42,975 bases of DNA from Octopus bimaculoides (GCF_001194135.2 NC_068993.1:15325587-15368561), one strand, 5' to 3'. Positions 1 through 11,180 are shown, counted from the stretch's first letter. Notes: generated by a model from the sequence alone, not told the origin. Translations and numbers: made by a program.

Positions 1-48
<48 letters not shown>
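1..48. repeat. (AT)n microsatellite
   Basis: Perfect AT dinucleotide run at the window start. Confidence 0.98.
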
Positions 49-52
<4 letters not shown>

Positions 53-550
53 CAAAACTTTGATCTTATCTATGATTTATTCTCCTACAGAACTCCCCTT
101 GTCAAGATTTCAACAGATAATAATGAAAACTTCATATCTTTCGAACATTTATAATATTCAATCGAATAATTTTATCGAATATTTTTTCTCATCAAAACAT
201 GGAAAAAAAAAGTTCATGTTTACCATGTAATTTATTTTTTATATTTAATGTATTTGTTTAATTTTGTTGTTTATTTTGTTTGTTTCGTTGCTTTGCTTTG
301 TTTTATTTCATTTCGCATTCCACTTGTTGAAAAATAAAATATACAAATTTATTCCTTGTTGCCATGTGTTACTCCAGGATTCTTCGTTGGTCAAAGTTTA
401 TAGAATTTCTAACGTTTGATGGAAGTCACTTGGATACAAGTCGGTAAAGAACTGCGCATTGGCGTCCTATTATAATAGCAACAATTCATTTAGTTTATTT
501 TTTTAATAGGATAATTAAGATTATTAATTAATCCAATTTGATAATTACTA

Positions 551-765
551 AAGGCAGCAATCTGGCTGAACCGTTAGGTAGATGTATAAAATGCTTAGTC
601 TAGTTGATTTTTTTTACGACCTGAGTTCGAATTCTGCCGAGATCCGACATGGCCTTTTATCTTTTTGGAGTCAATGAAATAAGTACCAGCCGGGCGCTGG
701 GGTCAATGTAATCGATTTAGCCCCACCCCTTAAATTGCTGACCATGTGCCAAAACTTGATACTAA
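551..765 (+). mobile_element. tRNA-derived SINE, family A, degenerate full-length copy
   Basis: Head ggcagcaatctggctgaaccgttag, B-box-like gagttcgaattc, core ...ataagtaccag...ctggggtcaatgtaatcgat, tail ccatgtgccaaaacttga. Aligns by eye to other family A copies, e.g. 26865-27080. Confidence 0.85.
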
Positions 766-770
766 AAGTT

Positions 771-920
771 CTTTTCTCCGCTAAGCACAAGGCCCAAAAT
801 TTTGGGGGCAGGGATCAGTCGATTAGATCGACCTTAGTACGCAACTGGTACTTAAAAGACAGAGAAAATACCGCTACGCATTTCGCCCGGCGTGCTAACG
901 TTTCTGCCAGCTCGCCGCCT
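771..920 (-). mobile_element. SINE family A, copy with internal deletion
   Basis: Reverse complement begins aggcggcgagctggcagaaacgttagcacgccgggcgaaatgcgtagcggtatt, then jumps to taagtaccagttgcgtactaaggtcgat. The B-box/central part is missing. Confidence 0.88.
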
Positions 921-940
921 TAACTTGAAACTAAAAATTA

Positions 941-1172
941 TTTATTTCTTTATTGCCCACAGGGCGCTAGACATAAAGTGGACAAACAAGGACAGACAAA
1001 CGGATTAAGTCGATCATATCGACCCCAGTGCGTAACTGGTACTTATTTAATCGATCCCGAAAGGATGAAAGGCAAAGTCAACCTCGGCAGAATTTGAACT
1101 TAGAACGTAGGCAGACGAAATAATGCTAAGCGTTTCCCCCGGCGTGCTAACGTTTCTACCAGCTCGCCGCCT
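941..1172 (-). mobile_element. SINE family A, full-length with alternative 3' tail and flanking direct repeat (probable TSD)
   Basis: Intact head, gttctaagttcaaattctgccgaggttgactttgcctttcatcctttcgggatcgattaaataagtaccagtt core, and tail ...tgtgggcaataaagaaataaa. taacttgaaactaaaaattatt occurs at 921-942 and 1173-1194. Confidence 0.92.
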
Positions 1173-1196
1173 TAACTTGAAACTAAAAATTATTAA

Positions 1197-1370
1197 CGGC
1201 AGCAATCTGGCTGGATTGTTAACCTGATGGCCAAATTGCATGAAAGCATTTCGTCTGTCTTCAAGTTCAGAATTCGAATCTTGGCTCGGTTGACTTTGCC
1301 TTCCATCCTTCCGAGCTCGATAAAATAAATACCAGTCGATATACCTCAAAATTTCAGGCTTTGCACCCAT
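1197..1370 (+). mobile_element. SINE family A, degenerate
   Basis: ggcagcaatctggctgg head, gttgactttgccttccatccttccgagctcgataaaataataccag core, aaaatttcaggctttgc tail. Confidence 0.8.
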
Positions 1371-1514
1371 CAGGCAGTGAGCTGAAAGAATCGTTAGACA
1401 GCTGGAGAAAATATCTTCCCTCTTTCGGGCTTACATGATCCCAGTCTTGTGCATGCTAACGGTTCTTCCACCTCACTATTTAGAATAATATTATGAAATG
1501 ATAAATAATAGTTC

Positions 1515-1636
1515 GACGTTTTGGTACAAGGACAGCAATTCCAGTGAGAGAGGTAAGCCAATTATATCAACTTCAAAGCTCAACTGGTACATATTTTGTA
1601 GATCGAAAGAGTAAAAGGTAAAGTCGACTTCGGCGA
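1515..1636 (-). mobile_element. SINE family A, 3' fragment
   Basis: ctcaactggtacatattt...aaaggtaaagtcgacttcggcg matches the reverse complement of the family A core. Confidence 0.7.
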
Positions 1637-1787
1637 GGGGGGCGGGTAGGCAAAGTGAAGAACTGTAACATATATGCTGTTCCAAAAGAGACCGACAACA
1701 AAAGAAAAATGTAATTCTAAGGGAAGTGAAAACCAGGCCATTATTTTGCTTAGAATTCTACAAGCTGATTTATTTACAATTATCACC

Positions 1788-1912
1788 GTCATCATTATCA
1801 TCATCATAGAAAACAATGATAATTACCACCAACACCACAACTATCATGATCATCATCATCGTCATCCCCAATAACAACAATGCCAAGGATAGGGCAATAA
1901 TAATAAGTGGAA
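1788..1912. repeat. Degenerate (CAT)/(AAT) trinucleotide repeat
   Basis: atcatcatcgtcatcccc...aataataa low-complexity tract. Confidence 0.75.
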
Positions 1913-2178
1913 TGGTTACTTGATACCATGAACCATATTCCTCGACCACAATAATACGGAATAAATACAGCAACACATTTCTTTCCGCTCTCTCTAACGA
2001 TGTTGCCAGCTCGCTGCATATTTATAGAAATTGCAACAAGTAGCTATAATAAACAATTTTAATTCTTATTCCCAAAAGTTTTCTGGGCAACAGCGTCAGA
2101 AATTTAGACGTTACTATAGTAGATTTAATCAACTTCAATATGACAAGCAGTCATTTTACTGATACGGAAAAACTCATC

Positions 2179-2388
2179 AAGATGGCAGAGTCGTTAGGAC
2201 ACCGGGCGAAATGCTTAGCGGCATTCCGTTCGCTTTAACGTTCTGAGTTCAAATTTCGCTTATGTCGACTTCGCCTTTCATGCTTTCGAGAACGATAAAT
2301 AAAGTACGAGTTGAGCACTGAGGTCAATGCAATCGACTAGCCTCCTCCCCCCAAAGTTTCAGGCCTTGTGTCTGTAGTAGAAAGGATT
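2179..2388 (+). mobile_element. SINE family A, full-length
   Basis: tggcagagtcgttaggacaccgggcgaaatgcttagcgg...acgttctgagttcaaattt...gtcgacttcgcctttcatgctttcg...aggccttgtgtctgtagtagaaaggat. Confidence 0.9.
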
Positions 2389-2841
2389 TTATTTAGATAG
2401 AAATATGAAAATATGTCCAAGTTGACCTCGGCACAATTTCAGCTTAAAAATCATTATAAGTTCACTAAATACCAGTAGGAATTTTAATCAATAAGCAATC
2501 GATTTTTCCTTCCATCTACTAAGTATTGATTAAACTATTCTACTTGTCGTGTGACCTGTTCCACATTTACATTTTTATCAATCTTGACTTTCAAGGGAAA
2601 TTGATGACAACCGAAATGTTTCATATAATGATTTCTTATGTAGGTACGAGGTCACCTATTTTAAGTGGAAGGGTTACTTGATGTCATGGACCTTATTCAT
2701 CGATCACAATAAGATAAAGGAGAAAGTAGACTTCAGCGGAATATGAAACAGGAGCGGAAAAAGAAAGAGGAAGAGGACGTACTGTGATGAATTTCTGCTG
2801 AAACTCTAACAATTGTATCAACTCTCTGCATTCGAAATCGT

Positions 2842-3085
2842 TAATAATGAGGATTTCTGCTTTAGGTACAAGGCCAGCGGTTATTAGGATAGTGGCTACT
2901 TTATATGAACGAAACCAGTATTTGAATAGTACTCTCATGTGTCGACTAAAAAAAAAAATGAACGATATGGTCGACCACAGACGGGTTTGAACTCAGAACG
3001 TAAAGTGCTGAAGTTCATACTGTAAGACGCTCTCTCTCTCTCTCTCTCTCTCTCTGGCGCAGTAACGATACTTCCAGCTCGCATC
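2842..3085 (-). mobile_element. SINE family A, degenerate, interrupted by (CT)n
   Basis: tttaggtacaaggccag tail, tttgaactcagaacgtaaag B-box region, gtaacgatacttccagctcgc head; (CT)n at about 3029-3054. Confidence 0.72.
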
Positions 3086-3119
3086 CTCTGTATAACAACG
3101 AAAACTCACACTGATAAGG

Positions 3120-3265
3120 CGTTTCTTATTTAGGTACAATGCCAACAAGTTTAAGAGGAGAAATTAAACTAGTATTTTGTTTTATCGAAAGGCAAGTTGA
3201 CCTCGGCGAGATCTGAACTCAGAAACACCGTTAAACTTTGCAAACGGTTCTACCAACTCGCAGCC
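3120..3265 (-). mobile_element. SINE family A, deleted/degenerate copy
   Basis: aaaggcaagttgacctcggcgagatctgaactcagaa and aacggttctaccaactcgc match the reverse complement of the consensus. Confidence 0.75.
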
Positions 3266-4149
3266 ATACTACTTTCAATAATATTATGAAACTAGCAAAC
3301 GCAACCGTCTTTTGTACGGTTTACGTTACCATGGTGGTGTTTTTTTCCCCCAAATAATGTACTACCGAGGTGGTTTATGAGTAGCACATATGCTTCCGAC
3401 TAACCAAGGAACGGAAAACCAAATTGAAGGTGGTTATTGTGGAGGTCGTTGCACATTAATGATCATAGAACATATAAGTTTGCAAGCTTTTTCAGAGCTA
3501 CTGAAATATTTTGGGGGAAGATTACGGATAATGACTACAAAATATAGTTGTTTTACATGAAAGCGAAATTCCATGTCAGAAATAGCCACATAAATGGTGT
3601 AAGGAAATTGAAGGAAGACGTTGAAACTTCCACTCTTCGAGTTTATTTTATTCAACAGCATAGGGAATTATTTTGTCGGAGAGAAGTATGATTGGTACAT
3701 TCAAAAATGGCAATATAGTACCTACTTGAAAAAGTAGAGGTAAAGGAATGTATTTACTACGTGCTTACAGTGTACAACCACTCTGCAATTGACTTCAGGT
3801 AACGAAAAATGAAGGCATGAATACTACTTAGCAGTTCGCGTTGTAAGGCAGACTAATAATAAATAAAAAAAGGTGAAAACTACTAAAAAATATTTTCTAA
3901 TGCCAATATACGACCATATAGGTTAAAAAAGTAAGGAAGACCCTACATACAAAATGTTATAGTGCATGACCACCCTTGAAACAAATAATGATTGTGTAAA
4001 GTTTGGTGAAAATCGGTTGAGAATTGTGGAAATGCATACCTTAGTCAATATACACACTTGCCGTAATTTATATATACTAGATAATAGTAGTCTGAAATTT
4101 TGGTTAAAGGAGAGCAATTACAGTAAGAAGAATAAACCAATTACAAAAA

Positions 4150-4318
4150 CGCCAAAGCTCAACTGGTACATATTTTATAGTTCATCTGCGCCGTTCATTC
4201 TTTTGAATGAACGGGGTAGATGACTTGTGTGAAATTTTAACTCAGAAATTATGGAGCTGGAAAAGTTATCCAAAAGCAACATTTTCCGACAACCAAATGA
4301 TTCTGCCAGCTTACCATT
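4150..4318 (-). mobile_element. SINE family A, highly degenerate
   Basis: ctcaactggtacatattt, aattttaactcagaa and aatgattctgccagcttacc anchors in the expected order. Confidence 0.6.
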
Positions 4319-4512
4319 TGCGACATGTAATAATTATGGACCGAGTTTGAAGAACTAACCAAATTATTTAAGATAAGGGATTGAAAATGAAATGTTACGT
4401 ATTAAACAAACTTAACCATTGAAAGATATCGGAGACGTAATCGGAATATTCAACCTAATAAATTATTGTTATGCAGATTGATATAATATACATAAATATG
4501 GCGACAGGAAGA

Positions 4513-4675
4513 AAGCAGTGAGCTAATAGACTGGTTTGCCCACCGGACAAGGTCTTTAGCAGCATTTCTCCCGCATTTACGTTCTGAGTTCAAATTCCGT
4601 CGAAGTCGATTTTGCCTTTCATCCATTTCGGGGTCAATAAAACGAATACCAGACGAATGCTGGAACTGAACTAAG
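4513..4675 (+). mobile_element. SINE family A, 3'-truncated
   Basis: tttacgttctgagttcaaattccgtcgaagtcgattttgcctttcatccatttcggggtcaataaaacgaataccag. Confidence 0.85.
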
Positions 4676-5278
4676 AACATGGTTGTTTCAATTGTCATGA
4701 TAGTTATATACCAAGTCCTTGGAAGAGGAGAACGGGAAGGAGTGTAGGAGAAGATGGTGGAAGAAGGGGGAAGAAATTGTAAGATAATGGCCTTGATCAT
4801 GGTCATGATAATGAAGACCTTCAATGATTTATTCCCATTTTGATCGGATCCAAGGGTTGTCCTGTTCTTCTGCATCACTCTGACTAGTTTCAATCGATCG
4901 AACTCTTCTTTATGTACGTCATTACAGAACAAATCGCTTCTCATAAAGCATTGCGACTTGTTCAGTTTACAAATTTCTGATGCGATGAGGAGTTGTTTTT
5001 AAAAAATTTATAAAAATTTACTATTGAATAAGAAATGAAACCAAAACTAAAAAGCATGATGATTCCAAATGAGAATAATTCTATACAGTAGGAAATATAT
5101 CACTTGTATGCTTGTGAATGAATATATATAGCCATCCATCCATCCATCCATCCATCCGTGAATACATACATACATACATATATACTATCGCGAGTGCGCT
5201 TTTATTTGTGAGTCTATATATACGTGTGTGAGTTATTGGAAGTGAGGTGTTTAGTCGTACTGTCTAAGTGATAGCGCG

Positions 5279-5281
<3 letters not shown>

Positions 5282-5315
<34 letters not shown>

Positions 5316-5344
5316 TTGTGTGTGTGTGTGTGTGTGTGTATGTG
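5282..5344. repeat. (TG)n microsatellite abutting a gap
   Basis: Direct inspection. Confidence 0.95.
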
Positions 5345-5703
5345 NNNNNNNNNNNNNNNNNNNNNNNNNNNNNNNNNNNNNNNNNNNNNNNNNNNNNNNN
5401 NNNNNNNNNNNNNNNNNNNNNNNNNNNNNNNNNNNNNNNNNNNNNNNNNNNNNNNNNNNNNNNNNNNNNNNNNNNNNNNNNNNNNNNNNNNNNNNNNNNN
5501 NNNNNNNNNNNNNNNNNNNNNNNNNNNNNNNNNNNNNNNNNNNNNNNNNNNNNNNNNNNNNNNNNNNNNNNNNNNNNNNNNNNNNNNNNNNNNNNNNNNN
5601 NNNNNNNNNNNNNNNNNNNNNNNNNNNNNNNNNNNNNNNNNNNNNNNNNNNNNNNNNNNNNNNNNNNNNNNNNNNNNNNNNNNNNNNNNNNNNNNNNNNN
5701 NNN
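5345..5703. other. Assembly gap (N-run)
   Basis: Run of N. Confidence 1.
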
Positions 5704-5893
5704 CGTATTTGCATTCATGTCAATCAATAGGATCCACTTCAGTCATGGGTTGTATTGTGATCAGTAAAACTCCCAGCAACACACTCAAGATTCATTTAGG
5801 AAGGCAAGATTTATGTCAATGAAAATTTCAGGTTAAACTTTGCTTCTTTTTTGACGGCACCAAAAAAAGAGGATCGCACAAAGAGAAGCCATT

Positions 5894-5896
<3 letters not shown>

Positions 5897-5937
<41 letters not shown>

Positions 5938-5960
5938 ACACACCCACACACACATACACA
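5897..5960. repeat. (CA)n microsatellite
   Basis: Direct inspection. Confidence 0.95.
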
Positions 5961-6087
5961 TACTGACACGCATACATATATGAACATACACATTATAAAC
6001 ATCCACACACGAAATACAAGATGTAGGGACACAAGACAGTTTTATGATAGCTCTTGTTAAATGATAAATTGGATGCTGTTGCTATAA

Positions 6088-6099
6088 CTGCTGCTGCTG

Positions 6100-6151
<52 letters not shown>

Positions 6152-6195
6152 ATTTAATGCCACTACTGCTATTGCTGCTGGTGCTGTTGTTGTTA
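6088..6195. repeat. (GCT)n-(ACT)n compound trinucleotide repeat
   Basis: ctgctgctgc tactactact... run; the poly-T/poly-V/poly-S ORFs here are its by-product. Confidence 0.95.
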
Positions 6196-6679
6196 TCATT
6201 GTTTGCTCTTACTGTTGTTCCGGGATTGATGGAATGTTTTAAGAAACAAAATCGAAATCGATGACCTTTCTTGATAAGTTCTGACGTTTCTGTGATAAGT
6301 CTCGACAAATAACTAAAGATAACAATAACTCACTCACTTGACATAGGCTGATTGCTGCAAAAATTGTTCGGCGGTCGACGTGTCTGATACTCAAAATTGG
6401 ATGCAAGAAAATCCCAGCTAAATGTATGAGAGCTTGGGAATTATGCAAGCGTATTCTGTCTTAATGGGCAACATAATAACTTTGGATGTGTGATACATCA
6501 GAATATCGCATGTATTTCTTCATACCAGACAAAGCAAGTACGGAAGCTGAAAGCAGGAAGCGTCTTGATTGGGAGCTACAAGGGTTCATTGAAAAATAGT
6601 TGCCTGAAACGTGAAGATAACTGACATGGTAGCCAGCACATTTCACCGAAACGGAGCAGCAGATCCACATATTTTTTAT

Positions 6680-6900
6680 ACCTTATTCTTTTATTCCTTA
6701 ACTTGTTTCAGTCATTTGACTGCGGCCATGATGGAGCACGGCCTTTAGTCGAACAAATCGCCCCCAGGATTTATTCTTTGTAAGCCTAGAACTTATTCGA
6801 TTAGGCTCTTTCGCCGAACCGCTTATTTACAAGGACATAATCCCACCAAAATCGGCTGTCAAACGATGGTGGGGGAACAAACACAGACGCACAAATACAT
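6680..6900 (-). mobile_element. SINE family B (OK-like), 3' half
   Basis: acttgtttcagtcatttgactgcggccatgatggagcac...ttattctttgtaagcctag...gccgaaccgct...gtcaaacgatggtggggg matches copies at 32753-33178 and 39854-40249. Confidence 0.88.
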
Positions 6901-6915
6901 ACATACATACACAAA

Positions 6916-7003
6916 CCAAAAAATACGTGCAGACATATAGGTATACATACATACACACACCAAAAAATACGTGCAGACATATATGTATACATACATACAT
7001 ACA
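6916..7003. repeat. 44-bp tandem duplication plus (CATA)n
   Basis: ccaaaaaatacgtgcagacatata(g/t)gtatacatacataca at 6916 and 6960. Confidence 0.9.
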
Positions 7004-7635
7004 TACATACATACATACAAAAATACCATGTTGTTGATGTTGAAATTCCAATGGCAAGAAATCTTGAAATAAAACCGAATAATGACATATATGCATACAT
7101 ACATACAGACATACATTTGTACGTACATACATACATACCTCAAATAAAGCCAGATTATGAACTGCTCACCAAAACAAAAAGAGAAACGGATTATATGCCC
7201 GAAAATTTGAAGGTGACAATATCAACATGAAGTGAAGCTTGCTTAGACTTGAAACCCCTACATCTCAACACGTTTCAAAGGCTATGCGCTTCCAAACGAA
7301 GAACATACGAGAATTACAAAATAACTAATAAACTAAAGAGGCAGTGAAGTTCTTGATGCCCCGTGACTCAACCGAAAATATCGGTTATGTTATATTTTCG
7401 TGGAAGGCATCACGCATGTAATCACCGGCTTACCAAAAATGTCATTGGGTTGGCCTTCATAGGTCACAGAGTACGTGTATAAAGCAAAGGAAAGCAAAGA
7501 AGGGGAGTTTATTCATAAAGTATTTAGTTATGTCGTCTAAATATTTTAACTGAATTTCATTAACACACGCTCCCGTTTAGGTTTGGATTTGGTTTTGGTT
7601 GTTTGTGAATATATATATATATATATATATATATA

Positions 7636-8470
7636 NNNNNNNNNNNNNNNNNNNNNNNNNNNNNNNNNNNNNNNNNNNNNNNNNNNNNNNNNNNNNNNNN
7701 NNNNNNNNNNNNNNNNNNNNNNNNNNNNNNNNNNNNNNNNNNNNNNNNNNNNNNNNNNNNNNNNNNNNNNNNNNNNNNNNNNNNNNNNNNNNNNNNNNNN
7801 NNNNNNNNNNNNNNNNNNNNNNNNNNNNNNNNNNNNNNNNNNNNNNNNNNNNNNNNNNNNNNNNNNNNNNNNNNNNNNNNNNNNNNNNNNNNNNNNNNNN
7901 NNNNNNNNNNNNNNNNNNNNNNNNNNNNNNNNNNNNNNNNNNNNNNNNNNNNNNNNNNNNNNNNNNNNNNNNNNNNNNNNNNNNNNNNNNNNNNNNNNNN
8001 NNNNNNNNNNNNNNNNNNNNNNNNNNNNNNNNNNNNNNNNNNNNNNNNNNNNNNNNNNNNNNNNNNNNNNNNNNNNNNNNNNNNNNNNNNNNNNNNNNNN
8101 NNNNNNNNNNNNNNNNNNNNNNNNNNNNNNNNNNNNNNNNNNNNNNNNNNNNNNNNNNNNNNNNNNNNNNNNNNNNNNNNNNNNNNNNNNNNNNNNNNNN
8201 NNNNNNNNNNNNNNNNNNNNNNNNNNNNNNNNNNNNNNNNNNNNNNNNNNNNNNNNNNNNNNNNNNNNNNNNNNNNNNNNNNNNNNNNNNNNNNNNNNNN
8301 NNNNNNNNNNNNNNNNNNNNNNNNNNNNNNNNNNNNNNNNNNNNNNNNNNNNNNNNNNNNNNNNNNNNNNNNNNNNNNNNNNNNNNNNNNNNNNNNNNNN
8401 NNNNNNNNNNNNNNNNNNNNNNNNNNNNNNNNNNNNNNNNNNNNNNNNNNNNNNNNNNNNNNNNNNNNNT
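7636..8470. other. Assembly gap flanked by (AT)n on both sides
   Basis: Run of N. Confidence 1.
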
Positions 8471-8525
8471 ATATATATATATATATATATATGCATTTAT
8501 AGGAATATCTAATCACGTGCATGTG

Positions 8526-8690
8526 CAGACGCGTGATATACTGGTTAAATTTTTGTACTGACGAACGTTAAGATTTTGATCTCGAATCCTAAACTGAGAG
8601 ATGCGTTGTGATCTTAAACAAAACATTACTTCATTTCACGATGTTACCGTCCTTTCAGCTGTCAAAAAGGAATATGCCTGCGACGAACCT
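8526..8690 (+). mobile_element. SINE family C (OR2-like, CORE-type), highly degenerate
   Basis: gatgcgttgtgatcttaaacaaaacattacttcatttcacgatg...cagctgtcaaaaagga...cctgcgacg aligns to 12431-12680. Confidence 0.65.
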
Positions 8691-8749
8691 TCACAGTAAC
8701 CTTTTTACCATGGAATTCTTCAACCATATTTTCAGCTCAGATTGTTGGC

Positions 8750-9850
8750 CTACAGTTATTGATTCTTCCTTCTCAAAACATCAGTCCGTCACGTTAGTCT
8801 CTTGTTTGTACTACTTGACTTCGTTAAAACTCCTGTTTAGTAGGTATTTGTATAGGTTTTTCATTATTTTTCAACAGGTATATTTGTATATCTGCAACAG
8901 ATATTATCTAAAAGTATCCTGTCAGGATATTACCCCTCATTTTGTTTGTGGAAAATTTAATAATTCTACAAAATCTTTCTGTAGAGTATACAAAATGCAG
9001 TTACTTTCTTGCTTTTCTGTCTAGTCCAATTAACAATATATCTCATTGTTGCAACTGATAAACTATTGAAGTCTATTAACTTATATTTGCCTTTAGCTAT
9101 ATTTTCAGTATTAATGTAATTTCCTAAACTTTTGTTTCATCTGCGTGTTGTACTCTGATTAGTTCATTGATATTTAACGATTTCAAAGTCTGCGTTTGAA
9201 ACAAATCTCATTGCTTTGTCTCATTACGTAATATAATATTAATGGTTACAGTTCGCTTTCCTCTATTTAAATTTGTCCTGGTGTTTAACTTTTCAAATTT
9301 CTGTTTCGCCGAAATAATCTGATAAACCCGTGAACAACCTATAGCAGAGTTTCTGCAACTTTATCCTGTACAACATGAAACTTTTCATCCATATACATCA
9401 TGCAGCCGAACGTGCCGCTTTTTCACCATAGTATTTATATTCGAGCTGTAACTTGTTAAATACGTTGTTCAAATGTACAAGTAGCGCAACCCGAAAGTCT
9501 TCTATGAATATTCATTTTCTAATAGACTTAGGTTTCATATAATATACTATTTTGTCTATATGTAAAGAATTTCGGGACATTTACTCGTGACGTATTTAAT
9601 CCATTCCTGCGGAAATCCATTCCTTGGAAAAGAGCCCAGCCATTGCAGCACTCGTATTGTTACTTTATGTTCACGTTGATGCTTCTACTACTGTTGTAAC
9701 TACTAACACTTATAGGTGTCCGGCAGGTGTAGTAGCCATTCTTGTCATTAGTAATCAAAGTAATTGTGGATCTATAGAGTTTTGTTGTTCTTTTTCTTGT
9801 CATAGTTAGTGCTGGTATCTATTGAGATATCTCCTTCCGTTTGTTGTGTA
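8750..9850 (-). mobile_element. Fossil non-LTR retrotransposon reverse transcriptase, Dong/R4-like, with stops, frameshifts and an internal deletion
   Basis: Minus-strand translation gives, in order: TNGRRYL (cf. TxGRTxLxPK), KLYRSTITL (cf. NYRPITCL), RK*IFIED (cf. RGIFQGD), CMMYMDE (cf. HLxYMDD), LL*VVHGF, LILKI*L, GLDRKARK*L, STERF, YLLKNNE. Compared with recalled R4/Dong RT motifs. Confidence 0.65.
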
Positions 9851-11009
9851 TACTGCTGTTTTCTATGCATTAGTTTTTCATAACTGATTCAATGTTAATC
9901 TGCATCGTTTCTGAGATTTTTCTTAGCCGTGTTTCCTCGTTCGTCATCATGTTTAAATAAAATATATCTATATTGTTACAAATTTGGGGTTCCAAAACTC
10001 GTAGAATACTGCTTAAAGTGTTTTATAAATAAAGTTTTTCTCTTCTGTTTTGAAATTCAAATTCCAGTTTCCAATGAATTTACCGTTCATTCCTCCAGAG
10101 TAACGATTCTCTATAGTGTGGTGTTATGTAAGTTAAGATATATCTTGTATAATTAAATGGCAGTTGAGAAATATAAACGATACTGATTTGAATTCAACAT
10201 TCCCCTGCTGTTTATTTCTGTTTTCTTTTTATGCAGATCCTTAAACAATGTTAGGAGGTAAAACGGAATCATAGCTTTAATAGTAAAGTTCAAGTGAGCA
10301 AGAATGAGAAATTATCTTCCATCATAAGTTTAGGTCGATACAAGCCCTTTCAATGAATTTATATGAATGAAACTTTTCGGAATCCTAAACTATCAATTTG
10401 CATAAATTATCATTTTGTAGAGCGCTATACTTAAACCTACACATGGTATAACAATATCGTGTTGTCATAGGGTGGATTCAGTGGGGTCTATTCTTTAGCA
10501 AGCTGCAAGACCTTATATTCTGTACCAGAATAACATATTATTCGTGCATAACACATAGATATCCATAACCTGAGACTCAGTCTGACATGATAGGAAAATA
10601 TAGAGTGAAGACTATCTTTAAGCTTTACAATTATTCAAAATATTTTAAACGGTGTATATTGGGTTAGAACTACTACAGAAAACATATTGACGCAGTTGCC
10701 ATTAAGTAAATTCAACACACAATAAAGATATTTTAAATATAATATCAAGAATTGAATGAACGATGCTTCGATGACGTAAAATTTGAAAGGAAGGTGGAGT
10801 GTCTTAGAATGGAATGAAAATAACATTTGCAATAGTTTTGAATCAGATAGGTATCTCTATAGACCAACTGAAATGTATTCAGAATTTTCGCTACCAAAGT
10901 GACATGTATACGCAGGTATTCTTCCTGACATAATGCACACACGGTTGTATAAATATATAAATATATACAAGAGATTTCGGTATATATGCATATACTCATT
11001 TATTATTTG

Positions 11010-11023
<14 letters not shown>

Positions 11024-11048
<25 letters not shown>
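11024..11048. repeat. (TA)n microsatellite
   Basis: Direct inspection. Confidence 0.95.
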
Positions 11049-11050
<2 letters not shown>

Positions 11051-11180
11051 ACCTAGATTTTATATGTATATACACAAACTTTCATACATCATACCTACAT
11101 ATATTGTCTGAATTTTATACGCAGGTGTGCATGTATATATATAAATATGTGTGTGTATACATACATACATGTAATTGTAT

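Noticed and set aside
551-4675. Recurrent similar motifs as a CRISPR-like or satellite array
   Set aside because: Irregular spacing, both orientations and high divergence indicate dispersed SINE copies in a eukaryote.
4450-4944. 164-aa minus-strand ORF
   Set aside because: Partly an antisense read of a SINE A copy and a purine tract; no recognisable domain.
6200-6660. Complex sequence with a ~65-codon stop-free frame
   Set aside because: No recognisable protein or TE motif and no clear splice sites; left unassigned.
8608-9024. 138-aa plus-strand ORF
   Set aside because: Overlaps a SINE C remnant and the antisense strand of the fossil RT.
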